Shown: piece after piece, positions 51,053 to 63,900 of the stretch | Numbering within the stretch: the stretch's first letter is position 1 | Layout of the letters: the number at the start of each line of letters is the position of its first letter | NCBI GenBank assembly: GCA_951406725.2 | Contig: OX597840.1 | Location: forward strand, 21,948,001-22,012,000 | DNA length: 64,000 bases | Direction of reading: 5' to 3' | Source: Octopus vulgaris | Taxonomy: Eukaryota | The notes under the pieces: model-generated | What the model was told of the DNA's origin: nothing | Seen by the model: the letters and a program-made list of their open reading frames with translations, nothing else | Databases searched by the model: none | Translations under genes and position numbers: made by a program

Positions 51053-51879
51053 AGGTGACGGAGGAAAAAAATCGCTAACAATAATATATGTATGTATATG
51101 TAGTTTAAATTTACAGAAAACAAAAGATGAAGACTGGAACAAGAAGCAGGTGTGTTTGTTTAATGCTTGGTTAGAATGGAGACGGCTTTGACAACTAAAG
51201 TTCTTCGACAGAAAGGACTGAGAGGATGTTATATATAAGAAAAAAATGGGATTAAAAAACCCTGGCAGCTATCGAGGAAGCACTCGGTAAAAAGGAATAA
51301 GGTTAAATTTCCAGCAAGTAAGATACCAGTAAATATCTGTAGAATACAAATCCCAGGTAAATCCTCAGGTACGACAGGTAAATCTAACGATCTTTTTGTA
51401 GAATTTGAAGAAACTCAGAGTATTTAATAACAATAACAAACAATATGTACGAAAGAAATCATGTCATTGTCTTAGATTACACTTTAAAAATTCAACTATT
51501 GTTTCAATTGCATTAAACATATACAGGTAAACTTTGCACTGTCTCTTAAATGATTTCCCATATTTACTTGAAGGTGGGAAAGTGCTGCAAAGAATTTTCA
51601 AAGGATATCAGAAGCTACTGAATATGGAGCTTAATACCATGTAATATTTCTTGATCTATTCTTCTTATTATTATTACTATAAATAATTTTGTCAGATTTT
51701 TCCTATTGCAATTTTTATTTGTAAATTTGTTGTTTTTATCATAATTTTACTCCTCAGAACGTTTGTTCTGGTAGATTCTGTCAGGGCCGACAACAGACTG
51801 CCGTCAGAGATCTCACAGGGTCTCTTTCCGCACATTATAAGCTTTGATACTTGTTTGTTAATTATTGTGGGAGACATTC

Positions 51880-52280
51880 ATCATGCAAGTACCAATCTCA
51901 AAATCCCAACTGTCCCCAGCAGAGCAGCTTTTAGGGTTTGCTCTGCTCTTGTGTCAATTCTGATTTCTCCGACATATTTCTCAAACTTGCTTCCTAGTGC
52001 TCCGAGTGTCCCTATAACTACTGCAATGACAAACACTCTCCTCATAGTCCACATTCTTGCAATTCCCTCTTTTAGTAGTCTGTACTTTTCAATCTTTTCT
52101 AGTTCTTTGTCACTTATGCGTGCATCTCCAGATATTGCAATGTCTGTAATCTTGGTTTCCTTTTTTCCTTTATCTACCACAACAATATCTGATCTCCGAG
52201 CCTCGATTAGGGAATCACATTGGATTGTAAAATCCTACAGCATCTTATGTTCCTTGTTCTCAGTGACTCCTTCAAGAGTT
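51880..52280 (-). mobile_element. R4/Dong-like RLE domain fragment
   Basis: L.DFTIQCD..RSDIVVVDK..DIAISGD..KELEKIEKY..VVIGTLG..LKAALLGT. Confidence 0.85.
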
Positions 52281-52800
52281 ATTATTATTATTATCATAAT
52301 TGTCTTTGCACAGCTTCTAACACTGGAGATGTACTACCAGTAAACTAAGCTAACACCTCTTATTATTTCTATCTAAATTTTTAGTTTTCTTCTACACCGT
52401 AGTATTTTTCAACATCTCTATAATTCTGTCATTTTCTAGAACTTTATTATTATTATGATTCTGGATATAGTAAATTTTATCTTTCTGTCCAGCTTCCAAT
52501 AATGCATGCTCATAATAAACTTTGATTTTGCTTAAATATATCCCCATTAGTCAAAAGACTCGAAATAGGAGTGGATGTATATTTTTAACGTCGCTGTTGG
52601 TTGAATGAATGTCTTAAATTGGATCTGATTTCGGTGTTTCTTTTTGTCAGCGTTTATTAAGATAAAAATTTTTCAGACGTTCAGTGGGAATTTCACCAAT
52701 TTGGATTGCCTTCATAATGTTGTGTTGACATTTATTTTAAAGATATTATCATTAATTTTAATACTATTGTTTATACACACACACACAGACATATATATAT

Positions 52801-52933
52801 AAATTATTTCGTAATGAGATAAAACCCAAGGCTGTGTAGATTTTAGAACATTTATAGATAGCTGTAAGACCTATCTATAAATGTTCTAAAATCTACACAG
52901 CCTTGGTTTTTTTATCTCATTATGAAATAATTT
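52801..52933. repeat. Near-perfect palindrome, ~60-bp arms, 9-nt spacer
   Basis: CCAAGGCTGTGTAGATTTTAGAACATTTATAGATAG-ctgtaagac-CTATCTATAAATGTTCTAAAATCTACACAGCCTTGG. Confidence 0.95.
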
Positions 52934-53052
52934 TTATATACACAGGCTGACATGACCAACGTTGAACCCCTTATTCGCATAATCACCAATCCTGGAGCTT
53001 AACTGTGGTCCATCTATAGCACTTATTCAGCTTTGGGTCTCAATGACACCAT

Positions 53053-53099
<47 letters not shown>

Positions 53100-53976
53100 G
53101 TATGTATGTATAAATATGTGTGTGTGTGTGTATATAAATTTTGCTCCTTTCAGTCATTAGGCTGCGGCCATGCTGGGACACCATCTTGAAAAATTTTAGT
53201 GGAACAAATCGACCCCAGTACTTCCATTATTTTTGTAGACTGGTACTTATTCTATCGTTCTTTTATTACCGAACAACTAATGTTACGAGGATATAAACAG
53301 ACCAACATTGGTTGTCAACCGGTTGTGGGGAACAAACACAGATACAAAGACACACACGTGTGTGTATGTATGTATATAGGACAGTCTTCTCTTAGTTTCC
53401 GTCTACCAAATCCCATCGCAAGGTTTTGGTTGGCCCCAGGCTATATTAGACACTTGCCTAAGGCAAAATGCAGCGGGATTGAACCTGGAATCATATGGTT
53501 GGGAAGCAAACTTATTACCAAATAGCCATATATGTGTGTGTTTGTGTATATAAATTTGAAATCTAGAAGGGTTTCGCTTATATTTTTTAGTCAAAAAAAC
53601 TATTAATTCAAGACTCAAATTCAAAGTTTTGCTCAGTAATGTAATTCACACACACAAAGTGTAGATGCGTGTTTTTAAGATAATATAATGATACGTAGGT
53701 TTAGATATAGGTAAAACGAAACAAAATAATCTAAAGTATTTATAATTTATGAATTATAAATATCATAGGCTTGTATGTAATATTATTCTGCATTGAATTA
53801 TATCATGTTATCATATTAAATCATATTATATTAATTATGAAGTGTTTTAATTAATTATGGACGTTTAGATGGAAGATTTCCATATTTCTATATGTTTGAG
53901 ATAAAAGCAGGTGTTATATCAGAAATATCTTCAGAAGTGTGCAAGTTTCTAGATTTAAAACTTAAATAAAAGATAT

Positions 53977-54420
53977 ATTAGGTCGTCAAGTATGAAATTT
54001 GTAGCAAGGTTTATGGTAAACTTTGACAGCTGCTCATTTTGCGCCATTATTATATTTTGACGATCGTTATTTTTTGTTAGAAAGCTGACACATCTATTTC
54101 TTTATTCTAACTCATTTTGTGCTTTATAAATCGTTTTTTGCTGTTTTTGTTTAGAGATGGATAAGTCGGAAATTTGTAGTTTTGAAATATGAGTTCTTTC
54201 TTGGAAATACAGCATCAAAGATAGCTCGGAATATTAATGGAGTATTTCTTTTTAATGTTATTACACAGCAGACAGTATCAAATTGGTTTGCAAAATTTCG
54301 TTCTGGTGACTTTGATTTTTCAAATGAGCAACACGGTCGGATAATGACGAACTGAAAGCCACCGTCAAGTCAGATTCATTTCAAAGTACCTGTGATTTAT
54401 TGTTGTTTGCAAGTAAACAA
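53977..54420 (+). mobile_element. Mariner 5' fragment (TIR and HTH region)
   Basis: TATTAGGTCGTC start; MDKSEI..LKYEF..ARNINGVF..TVSNWFAKFRSGDFDFSNEQHGR. Confidence 0.8.
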
Positions 54421-54635
54421 TATTGATGCAGCTGCTTACTTAATTTATCGAGCTCAAAAGGATGAAAGGCAAAGTCAACCTCGGTGGAATTTGAACTCAG
54501 AACGTAAAGACAGACGAATAAAGATTGCGATATATTGCCATGTCACACGGTGCGTTATAAAAATCGTAATAATGGCCACTTGCCACACATTACCTCCAGC
54601 AGAACAGTGTGCATATATATATATATATATATATA

Positions 54636-54745
54636 GCTTGACTGATGAACAGAAAGCCACGAATGTTCCGTCCTGGTTTTCCTGTCCATCTGTCCGTATG
54701 TTTTCATTGTCATCCGTTGCGTTCTTGTTCGTTTTTTAAAAATTT
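54636..54745 (+). mobile_element. 3' fragment of the 16.3-kb repeat family
   Basis: CTTGACTGATGAACAGAAAGCCACGAATG..TTTTCCTGTCC..ATCTGTCCG..CATTGTC..TTGCGTT. Confidence 0.8.
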
Positions 54746-55484
54746 ATATATATATATGTGTGCGTGTGTGTGTGTATATGACGTGCTTTTTTCAGTTTCT
54801 GTCTACCAAATCCACTCAGAAGTATTTGGTCGGCCTGTGGCTATAGTAGAAGACACTTACCCAAAGTGCCACTCAGCGGGATTGAACCTGGAACCATATG
54901 GATGGGAATCAAGCTTCTTATCACATGGCTATGTATATCTATATATATATTAGACGGGTTTCTACGCAGATTCCAAATTCCGGAAATTTATTCACCAAGT
55001 ATTGACCAAGTGAAAGCCGTAAAAGATGTCAGTTGCCGAAGGTGCTTTGCAGTAGGATTGAAACTCATACCATGCAACCAAGAAGCGAAATTCTAAACCT
55101 GGCAGTTTTGTTTCTGACTTTCTCCTTGACGAAAGACCAAGAAATGTGTCAGACATGAGGAAGCGATACCCCACCGTAACACCATCATCGGAAATATTCT
55201 TTAACCATGATGTGTGTTCAGACTCTCAGTCGGCTCGAGTCAGCATTTAATGGAAATAATTGAATGTAAATTTAAAACAATTTATCAAATACAAACAAGA
55301 CACACACATACGCAAAGAGAGAGAGAGCTGAGTGTAAGAGCGAATATGAGAGAGTATATACAATCACACAACATAATACACATACAAAATATCCTTTAAC
55401 ACATACATACACACACTCACACGCTTCTACATGCCTGTACACATGCACACACGCAAAAAGAGAGACAGAGATTTATACCCAAAG

Positions 55485-55770
55485 AAGATATTTGCGAAGC
55501 CTTGTATTACTCCTGATGTCATGGCCACATATCTTTTGTATGTTTTCGGAGAGGCCTTTCACACAGGGGAGACAGACTGTGGACAGTTTATTGGCCTCAT
55601 CCTCTCTCTTCTTCATAACCAGAGTAGATAGTATGTTTTGTGGGGTAGTTGTTGCTTAATAGATTGTTACTGAGCTTAGTCATTTCTTTGTGTATCATGA
55701 TCACTGCATATATTCTTTGCTCGATGTTTTAGACACTTCCTCTCTTTACACTGTATGGATGGTGGGAATT
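55485..55770 (-). mobile_element. Penelope-like element ORF fragment (RT thumb and linker)
   Basis: CLKHRAKNICSD..KEMTKLSNNLLSNNYP and VCLPCVKGLSENIQKIC match the PLE motifs RAxxICS..E...L...L..NxYP and LPYxxGxSE. Confidence 0.75.
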
Positions 55771-55799
55771 GAAATTAAGGTATATATATTAGTTAGATG

Positions 55800-56002
55800 G
55801 TGATTGTCTACTCCTTATGCAGAGTTTGACCCCACCTCCTATACCTACACCTTAGCACCATCATGGCATCTGTTTTCTGAAAAGACACCCATATAGATTG
55901 CACCTCCGATTTGGACCACCAAGAGCTGCAGATAAGTTCTGCTCTTTGTGGATCTTAAAATGTCTCTTGAGGAATCCGTTGGATTTGTAAACATTCTGGC
56001 AT
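55800..56002 (-). mobile_element. LINE C-terminal C2H2-like fragment
   Basis: ICQNVYKSNGFLKRHFKIH; isolated, with no splice context. Confidence 0.45.
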
Positions 56003-56403
56003 ATTTATATAAGAAAAAGAAAACGGATAAATTGAGATACAGACATTAATTCATTAAAACAAATCCAATTCCAAACAATATCAAACTCACGGAACCTACA
56101 ATTGTTTCCATGTTCAATTAATTCAAATATGGAAAATTAAAGATTCATATTGAATATATTTAATTGAACATTTAATCAGGGTCAGAACTTGATAGGAAAA
56201 GGAACTACATCCCAATGCATTGACTGATCATTGGTAGACTCAGCATTAAATTCAGATAAGTGTGCTTCTAATGTATTTAAAAAAAAAAAAACTGTTACTT
56301 GTGTATATGCAATTTTGTTTTTATATTATTTAATGTATATGTGAGTGCGCGTGTTAATGTGCTAAAAACCAAAGGAGCCATTGGGTGGCCTAAACGATAT
56401 TTC
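56003..56403. repeat. Left arm of a ~400-bp inverted repeat
   Basis: Reverse complement of 60672-60997 plus 63493-63573. Confidence 0.9.
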
Positions 56404-56408
56404 GGATA

Positions 56409-59400
56409 CAGTCTGATCTGGCAGTGTTTCTACTGCTGGATGCCCTTCCTAACGCCAACCACTCCATGAGTGTAGTGGGTGTTTTTTACGTGCCAGACGA
56501 GGCTGGCAAACGGCTACAATCAAATGGTGCTTTATATGTGCCACCGGCACGGAGGCCAGGCGAGGGGCTGGCAATGGCCACGATTGGATGGTGCTTTTTA
56601 CATGCCACCGGCACAGAAGCCAGTCAGGGCAGTGCTGGCAACGGCCACGTTCGGATGATTCTCTTATGTGCCACCGGCACTTGTATCACAGCTACATTTT
56701 CCATTGATGTTGATCGATTTTGATTTTAATTTTCACTTGCCTCAATAGGTCTTCACAAGTAGAGTTTTGTGTCCCAAGAAGAAAAGGTATGTATAAGTGG
56801 ACTGAGGCCAAGGGTTATGGTCCCACGTGTCCTGCCGGGTCTTCTCACACACAGCATACTTCCAAAGGTCTTGGTCTCTAGTCATTTCCTCGGTGAGACC
56901 TAAAGTTCAAAGGCCGTGCTTCACCACCTCGTCCCAGGTTTTCTTGGGTCTACCTCTTCCACAGGTTCCCTCAACCACTAGGGTGTGGCACTTTTTCACA
57001 CAACTATCTTCATCCATTCTCGCCACGTGACCATACCAGCACAAACGTATCTCTTGCACCCCACAACTGATGCTTCTTAGGTCCAACTTTTCTCTTAAAG
57101 TACTTACACTCTGTCGAGTATGAACACTGACATTACACATCCATCGGAGCATACTGGCTCCATTTCTTGCGAGCTTACGCATATCCTCAGCAGTTACGGC
57201 CCATGTTTCACTGCCATGTAGCATAGCTGTTCGTACACATGTGTCATACAATCTGCCTTTTACTCTGAGTGAGAGGCCTTTTGTCACCAGCAGAAGTAAG
57301 AGCTCTCTGAACTTTGCCCAAGCTATTCTCATTCTAGCAGCTACACTTTCAGAGCACCCTCCCCCTACTTCTGACTTGGTCACCTAGGTAACGGAAGCTA
57401 TTAACTATTTCTAGTTTTTCTTCCTGGAATGTGGCGGAAGATGGTCTCTGCGCATCTTCAGTGTTTATTGCTCCTGAGCATCTGCCACATACGAAAACTA
57501 TCTTCCTAATTAGCCTTCCTTTGACATTGCTGCACCTCTTATGTGTCCATAGCTTACACTTGGTGCATCTTATAGAGTATCTACCTATGCCTTTTCTACG
57601 GGTCGAGCAGGGCCATCTACCTGAAGGCGTTTGTGATTTGTCTCTCCAGTTCTGATAGTGACTCAGCAATTAGAGCAAGGTCATCAGCATAGAGGAGCTC
57701 CCAGGGGCATCCTGTCTGGAATTCCTCCGTTATTGCCTGGAGGACTATGATAAATAGGAGGGGGCTGAGGACTGAACCTTGGTGGACCCCAACCTCTACC
57801 TGGAATTCTTCACTGCACTTGTTGCCAACCCTCACCTTACTAACAGCGTCCCTGTACATGGCTCATACAGCTCTCACTAACCATTCATCTATCCCTAGTT
57901 TCCTCATTGACCACCAGATAAGGGATCGGGGAACCCTGTCAAAAGCTTTCTCCATGTCAACAAAAGCCAGGTACAGAGGTTTATCTTTGGCTAGGTATTT
58001 CTCCTGCAGCTGTCTTACCAGAAATATGGCATCAGTGGTGTTTTCCCTGGCACAAAACCAAACTGCATCTCGTCCAAGTTGACTCTCTCCCTAATCAGTT
58101 GGGCTATGACCCTCATTACCTGATCCAACAGTTTGATACCTCTGTAATTACTTGTATCTAGGGCGTCACCTTTACTTTTGTAGCAGTTGACTATTATGCT
58201 GCTACGCCAGTCATTGGGTATGACTCCTTCGTGTATCACCTGGTTAACTATACGGGTGACTAGGCTATAGCCGACACTGCCAGATATTTTGAGCATCTCT
58301 GCAGTAATTCCTGATGGGCCTGGGGCTTTCCCTGTCTTTATGCTTCTAATTGCCTTAACTACCAAGGAACTGTCAATTCGGATAGCTGGTCCCTCTGTTG
58401 GGTCGACATTCGGCAGACTCATCTTTATCCCATTCATTTTCTTTATTCAGCAGCCTTTCATAGTGGCATCTCCAAACCTCTCTCTTTGCATCCTCATTTA
58501 GCGCAAGTGAACCATCATCCATGCGAACACATTTCTCTCCTACCACATCACAATTCTCTCTCACGCACTGTCTTGCAACGTGAAATACCTCAAGTCTTTG
58601 GTCCTCACAGCACAGAACCTTGGCAAATTTTTTCTTATCTGCTTCCTCTCTGGCTAGATAGACCTGTCTCCTAGCTTCTCTTTTGGCAGTCTGATACAAT
58701 TCCCTGCTACCACTGTTCTTCCAGGCCTGTCTCTTTTCTCTAATAGCCCTGTCTACAACACTGTTCCACCACCACGTTACCTTGGGACGAGAGGGGACTT
58801 TGCACCAGCCACAGATCTGGTCAGTGGCTCTCAGCAGGTTGTCCCTTAGAAACGTCCAGTTGCCTTCTACCCCATGTGACACTCTATCCCCTTCTACTTT
58901 GTCAAAGGCTTCAAGTAATATGTCCCTAAATCTCTGTCCATTTGCAGGATCTTTAAGCTTCCAGATCCTTCTTCTCCATGTTGGTCGTCCTCTTAGTCCT
59001 GATCCTAAAGTCACTAACTACCAGACTGTGTTGTTGGGTACATTCTTCGCCTGGGAAGGTTTTGGCATTTATAAGCAGCCATCTCTCCCTTTGCCTGGCA
59101 AGGATGTAGTCAATTTGGCTGGTATGTTGGCCTGATCGGTAGGTTTCCTGAAGTTAGTGTTGCAAACCATAAGATCATTTGCATCACAGAACTCCAGCAG
59201 CCTGGTTCCCTCCTCGTTGCGGGAACCATAGCCATAGCCTCCATGTACACCATGGAAGCCCCCAGCATGTTTTCCAACATGCCCATTGAAATCACCAGCC
59301 ACAAAGAGAAGGTCTCTGTCATTTGTCAACGAGGTAGTCTGCAGTAAGGCATCATAAAATCAGTCTTTCTGTCCATGGGGTAGCCCTGGCTGAGGGGCAT

Positions 59401-59791
59401 AGGCTGATATAATGGTTGCTAATCCATGATGAAGCACTATTCTAATCTTAAGTATTCTGTCACATACTCTGATTACCTCAATTACCTTATCTACCCATTT
59501 TTCAGCGAGAAGTATATCCACGCCTCCAACCCTGTCAGTGTTTCCTGCCCAGAAAATCTTGTACCTGTGTTCTTTGCCTGTGAGGAACCTAGCAGAACCT
59601 CCTCTCCACCTTACTTCTTGGAATCAACATATATCAACACATCTCCGTTCAAGCATCTCAACAATCTTACCAGACCTACCTTTCAATGTGCCAACCCTGA
59701 GGGTGTGGGTGGTATGGGCCCTAGAGACCCTGGGACGGAGAACAGTGGCGTCATGTACCTGAAAAGAAAGCTCGCATTTGGCAGAATTCAT
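56409..59791 (-). mobile_element. Near-full-length degenerate RTE-clade LINE (APE, RT and PHD finger), copy 1
   Basis: APE motifs VGTL..QEVRW, SAYAPQ, AGDFNGHVG; RT motifs KAPGPSG, NYRGIKLL, QFGF, FVDMEKAFDRV, GVHQGSVLSPLLF, LLYADDL, FRYLG; C-terminal RGRPKKTW. Frameshifted; 3' tail missing. Confidence 0.95.
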
Positions 59792-59964
59792 AAGCCAAGC
59801 AATGATCTTAAGTTCAACCTGCTTACACTACACTATCATGTTTTGCACTGTATGATCACTACCTTATATAGTAGGGGTGGGGTTGGCGTAAGGCCTTTAG
59901 GTGTTCATGGAAGACGAGATGAGATAAGGACTTCTGGTACAGGTGGGAGGGCGGGCGCACCACC

Positions 59965-60676
59965 GCGAATGATGGGGTAGGAATTTAAGTGACAGAAAAG
60001 ACTGACAGATAGGAAAATAGTGTAGGAATTGAATAGACAGAGTGATGCCCGATAGATGAGGGGGAAAGACATGATTAGAGACGAAAGGCTGTGTGATCCT
60101 GTGAACAGGTTTCCATGAGTGAAGGTATATGTTGTGAAAGAAATGCTTGAGCTAGCGTTTGAGACAAAAGACATCGACAGTAAGAAGGAGAAAATATTAA
60201 GGGTTTATGGTGAAAATACTTTGCAAAATACAATGAAAGGAGGAGCAAATCGAAAACTTAAAAATATCTTAGCTGCTATTTTTCATCCTGAGGTTCGTGT
60301 TTACAGCCAGGGTATGGAAGTCAGATAGAAAGGGTCAGGCAGCGTGCATTAGTTTTTATAGGGGAGGGGATGAGTAGGAAGCAGGGCGTATTGGCTAGGC
60401 GGGTGGAATTAAAAGAGAGTGAGATATAGACGGTGACAGTCGATAGAGAGAGAGAGACACATAGTGATAAAGAGAGGGGAGACACAACATGAACCACTGG
60501 GAAAAATGGGGTTGGAATTTAAGCAAGAGAAAAGACCGACAGATAGGCAAATAGTGTAGGAATTGAATAGACAGAGTGATGACCGATAGATGAGGGAGAA
60601 AGACAAGAATAGAGACGAAAGGCTGTGTGATCCTGTGAATAGGTTTCCTGAGTGAAGGTATATGTTGTGAAAGAAA
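59965..60676. repeat. Purine-rich unit with ~175-bp direct repeats
   Basis: GGAATTTAAG..ATAGTGTAGGAATTGAATAGACAGAGTGATG..GAAGGTATATGTTGTGAAAGAAAT at 59975-60144 and 60508-60676. Confidence 0.85.
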
Positions 60677-63573
60677 TATCGTTTAGGCCACCCAATGGCT
60701 CCTTTGTTTTTTAGCACATTAACACACGCACACATATACATTAAATAATAATAAAACAAAATTGCATATACACAAGTAATGGTTTTTTTTTTAAAATACA
60801 TTAGAAGCACACTTATCTGAACTTAATGCTGAGTCTACCAATGATCAGTCAATACATTGGGATGTAGTTCCTTTTCCTATCAAGTTCTGACCCTCATTAA
60901 GTGTTCAATTAAATATATTCAATATGAATCTTTAATTTAATTTTCCATATTTGAGTTAATTGAACATGGAAACAATTGTAGGTTCCGTGAGTTTGATCAT
61001 CATCATCGTTCAACGTCCGCTTTCCATGCTAGCATGGGTTGGATGGTTCAGCTAGGGTCTGGGAAGCCAGAAGGCTGCACCATGCTCCAGTCTGATCTGG
61101 CAATGTTTCTACGGCTGGATGCTTTTCCTAATGCCAACCACTCCGTGAGTGTAGTGGGTGCTTTTTACGTGCCAGACGAGGCTGGCAAACAGCCACAATC
61201 GGATGGTGCTTTTTACGCCCAGTCAGGGCAGCGCTGGCTACAGCCACATTTGGATGGTTCTCTTACGTGCCACCAGCGCTGGTATCACAGCTACAATTTC
61301 CATTGATGTTGATCGATTTTGATTTTCACTTGCCTCAACAGGTCTTTACAAGTGGAGTTTTGTGTCCCAAGAAGGAAAGGAATGCCTAAGTGGGCTGGCT
61401 ACATCCCAGGTAGAGGCCACGGGATTATGGTCTCACTTATACTGCTGGGTCTTCTCACGCACAGCATACTTCCAAAGGTCTCGGTCTCTCCTTAACTGCT
61501 AGGGTGTGGCACTTTTTCACACAACTATCTTCATCCATTCTCGCCACATGACTGTACCAGCACAAACGTATCTCTTGCACACCACAACTGATGCTTCTTA
61601 GGTCCAACTTTTCTCTTAAAGTACTTACACTTTGTCGAGTATGAACACTGACATTACACATCCATCGGAGCATACTGGCTCCATTTCTTGCGAGCTTACG
61701 CATATCCTCAGCAGTTATGGCCCATGTTTCACTGCCATGTAGCATAGCTGTTCGTACACATGTGTCATACAATCTGCCTTTTACTCTGAGTGAGAGGCCT
61801 TTTGTCACCAGCAGAAGTAAGAGCTCTCTGAACTTTGCCCAAGCTATTCTTACTCTAGCAGTTACACTTTCAGCACACCCTCCCCGCTACTGACTAGGTC
61901 ACGGAAGCTATCAACTATTTCTATTTTTTATTCCCTGGAATGTGGCAGAAGATGGTCTCAAAGCATCTTCAGTGTTTATTGTTCCTGAGCATCTGCCACA
62001 GACAAAAACTATTTTCCTAGTTAGCCTTCCTTTGACGTTACTGCACCTCTTATGTGTCCATAGCTTACACTTGGTGCATCTTATAGAGTATCTACCTACG
62101 CCTTTTTTACAGGTCGAGCAGGGCCATCTACCTGAAGACGTTTGTGATTTGTCTAACTTCCTACTTATTAGAACTTTGGTTTTAGCTAGGTTGACTCTAA
62201 GGCCATTTGATTCTAGTCCTTGCTTCCACACTTGAAACTTCTCCTCCAGTTCTGATAGTGACTCAGCAATTAGGGCAAGGTCATCAGCATAGAGGATCTC
62301 TCAGGGGCATCCTGTCTGGAATTCTTCCGTTATTGCCTAGAGGACTATGATAAATAGGAGGGGGCTGAGGACTGAACCTTGGTGGACCCCAACCTCTACC
62401 TGGAATTCTTCACTGTACATGGCTCATACAGCTCCCACTAACCATTCATCTATCCCTAGTTTCCTCATTGATCACCAGATAAGGGATCAGGGAACCCTGT
62501 CAAAAGCTTTCTCCATGTCAACAAAAGCCAGGTACAGGGGCTTATCTTCGGCTAGATATTTCTCCTGCAGTTGTCTCACCAGGAGTATGGCATCAGTGGT
62601 GCTTTTCCATGGCATGAAACCAAACTGCATCTCGTCCAAGTTGACTCTCTCCCTAATCAGTTGGGCCATGACCCTCATTACCTGATCCAACAGTTTGATA
62701 CCTCTGTAATTACTTGTATCTAGGGCGTCACCTTTACTTTTGTAGCAGTTGACTATTATGCTGCTACGCCAGTCATTGGGTATGACTCCTTCGTGTATCA
62801 CCTGGTTAACTATACGGGTGACTAGGCTATAGCCGACACTGCCAGATATTTTGAGCATCTCTGCAGTAATTCCTGATGGGCCTTTCCCTGTCTTTATGCT
62901 TCTAATTGCCTTAACTACCAAAGAACTGTCAATTCGGATAGCTGGTCCCTCTGTTGGGTCGACATTCGGCAGACTCTCTTTATCCCATTCATTTTCTTTA
63001 TTCAGCAACCTTTCATAGTGGCTTCTCCAAACCTCTCTCTTTGCATCCTCATTTAGCCTTGTCATTTGTCACCAAGTTAGTCTGCAATAGGGTGTCATAG
63101 AATCGGTCTTTCTGTCCTTGTGGTAGCCCCAGTTGAGGGGCATATGCCGAGATGATGGTAGCTGACCTATGGTGAAGCACTAATCTAATCTTAAGTACTC
63201 TGTCACTTACTCCGACTACCTCAATTACCTTATCTACCCATTTCTCTGCAAGAAGTATACCTACACCCCTGACCCCGTCAGTGTTCCCTGCCCAGAAAAT
63301 GTTGTACCTGTGAGTAACCTCCTCTCCACCTTACTTCTTGGATGCAGCACAAATCCACACGTCTCCGTTCAAGCAGCTCAACAATCTCACCAGACCTACC
63401 TTTCAATGTGCCAACACTGAGGGTGTGGGCCTCTGAGACCCTGGGATGAGGCACAACAGTGTCATGTACCTGAAAAGAAAGCTTGCATGGCAGATATTGT
63501 TTGAAATTGGATTTGTTTTAATGAATTGATGTCTGTATGACAATTTCTCCGTTTTCTTTTTCGTATACATAAA
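60672..63573. repeat. Right arm of the inverted repeat, split by RTE copy 2
   Basis: Arm reads ..GAGTTTGAT| at 60997 and resumes GATATTGTTTG.. at 63493. Confidence 0.85.
60998..63492 (-). mobile_element. RTE LINE copy 2, internally deleted, with intact (GAT)n tail
   Basis: Same ORF motifs as copy 1; lacks ~0.8 kb between APE and linker; complete C4HC3 PHD finger. Confidence 0.95.
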
Positions 63574-63802
63574 GGGTAATAGACCCATATTCATCAATGT
63601 GAAACTAACATCTTTTAGTATTTCAGTGTTACTCTGGATAAATCTGGGAAACTTGGATGCTGACATCTCTTTTTAAAGAGGTGTTTATATCCTTGAAATA
63701 ATTTTATTTATATATATATATATGAAGAGAGAAGGACTTGAATAATGTAACTACACACATACAGTTGGTGATATTTTTCCTTTTCTGGACTTTTCCGTTT
63801 TC

Positions 63803-63900
63803 CTCTCAGATGAAGAGCTATGCTGGAAACGTCAACAACTCTCTCTTCTTACCGAGTGTCAAACTATTATATTCTATGTGCACGTTCTCTTGTTATTGCT
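63803..63900 (+). ncRNA. Decayed copy of the 51.0-kb hammerhead family
   Basis: CAGATGA A GAGC-TAT-GCTG GAAA CGTC, then CTTACCGAGTGTC as in the 51.0-kb copy. U4 and stem II are mutated. Confidence 0.6.

Noticed and set aside
55880-56002. C2H2 zinc finger suggesting a host ZNF gene
   Set aside because: Single incomplete finger with no TGEKP linkers; context fits a LINE C-terminus.
59750-59872. Splice-acceptor-like CTTTCTTTTCAG at the start of the RTE ORF in both copies, and an upstream TATATAA
   Set aside because: An in-frame ATG at 59791 (MNSAKCELSFQVHD..) reads through it, so no splicing is needed; there is no other evidence.
59870-60410. Possible Penelope N-terminal coding remnant between the direct repeats
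   Set aside because: I could not recover a diagnostic motif in any frame; left unclassified.
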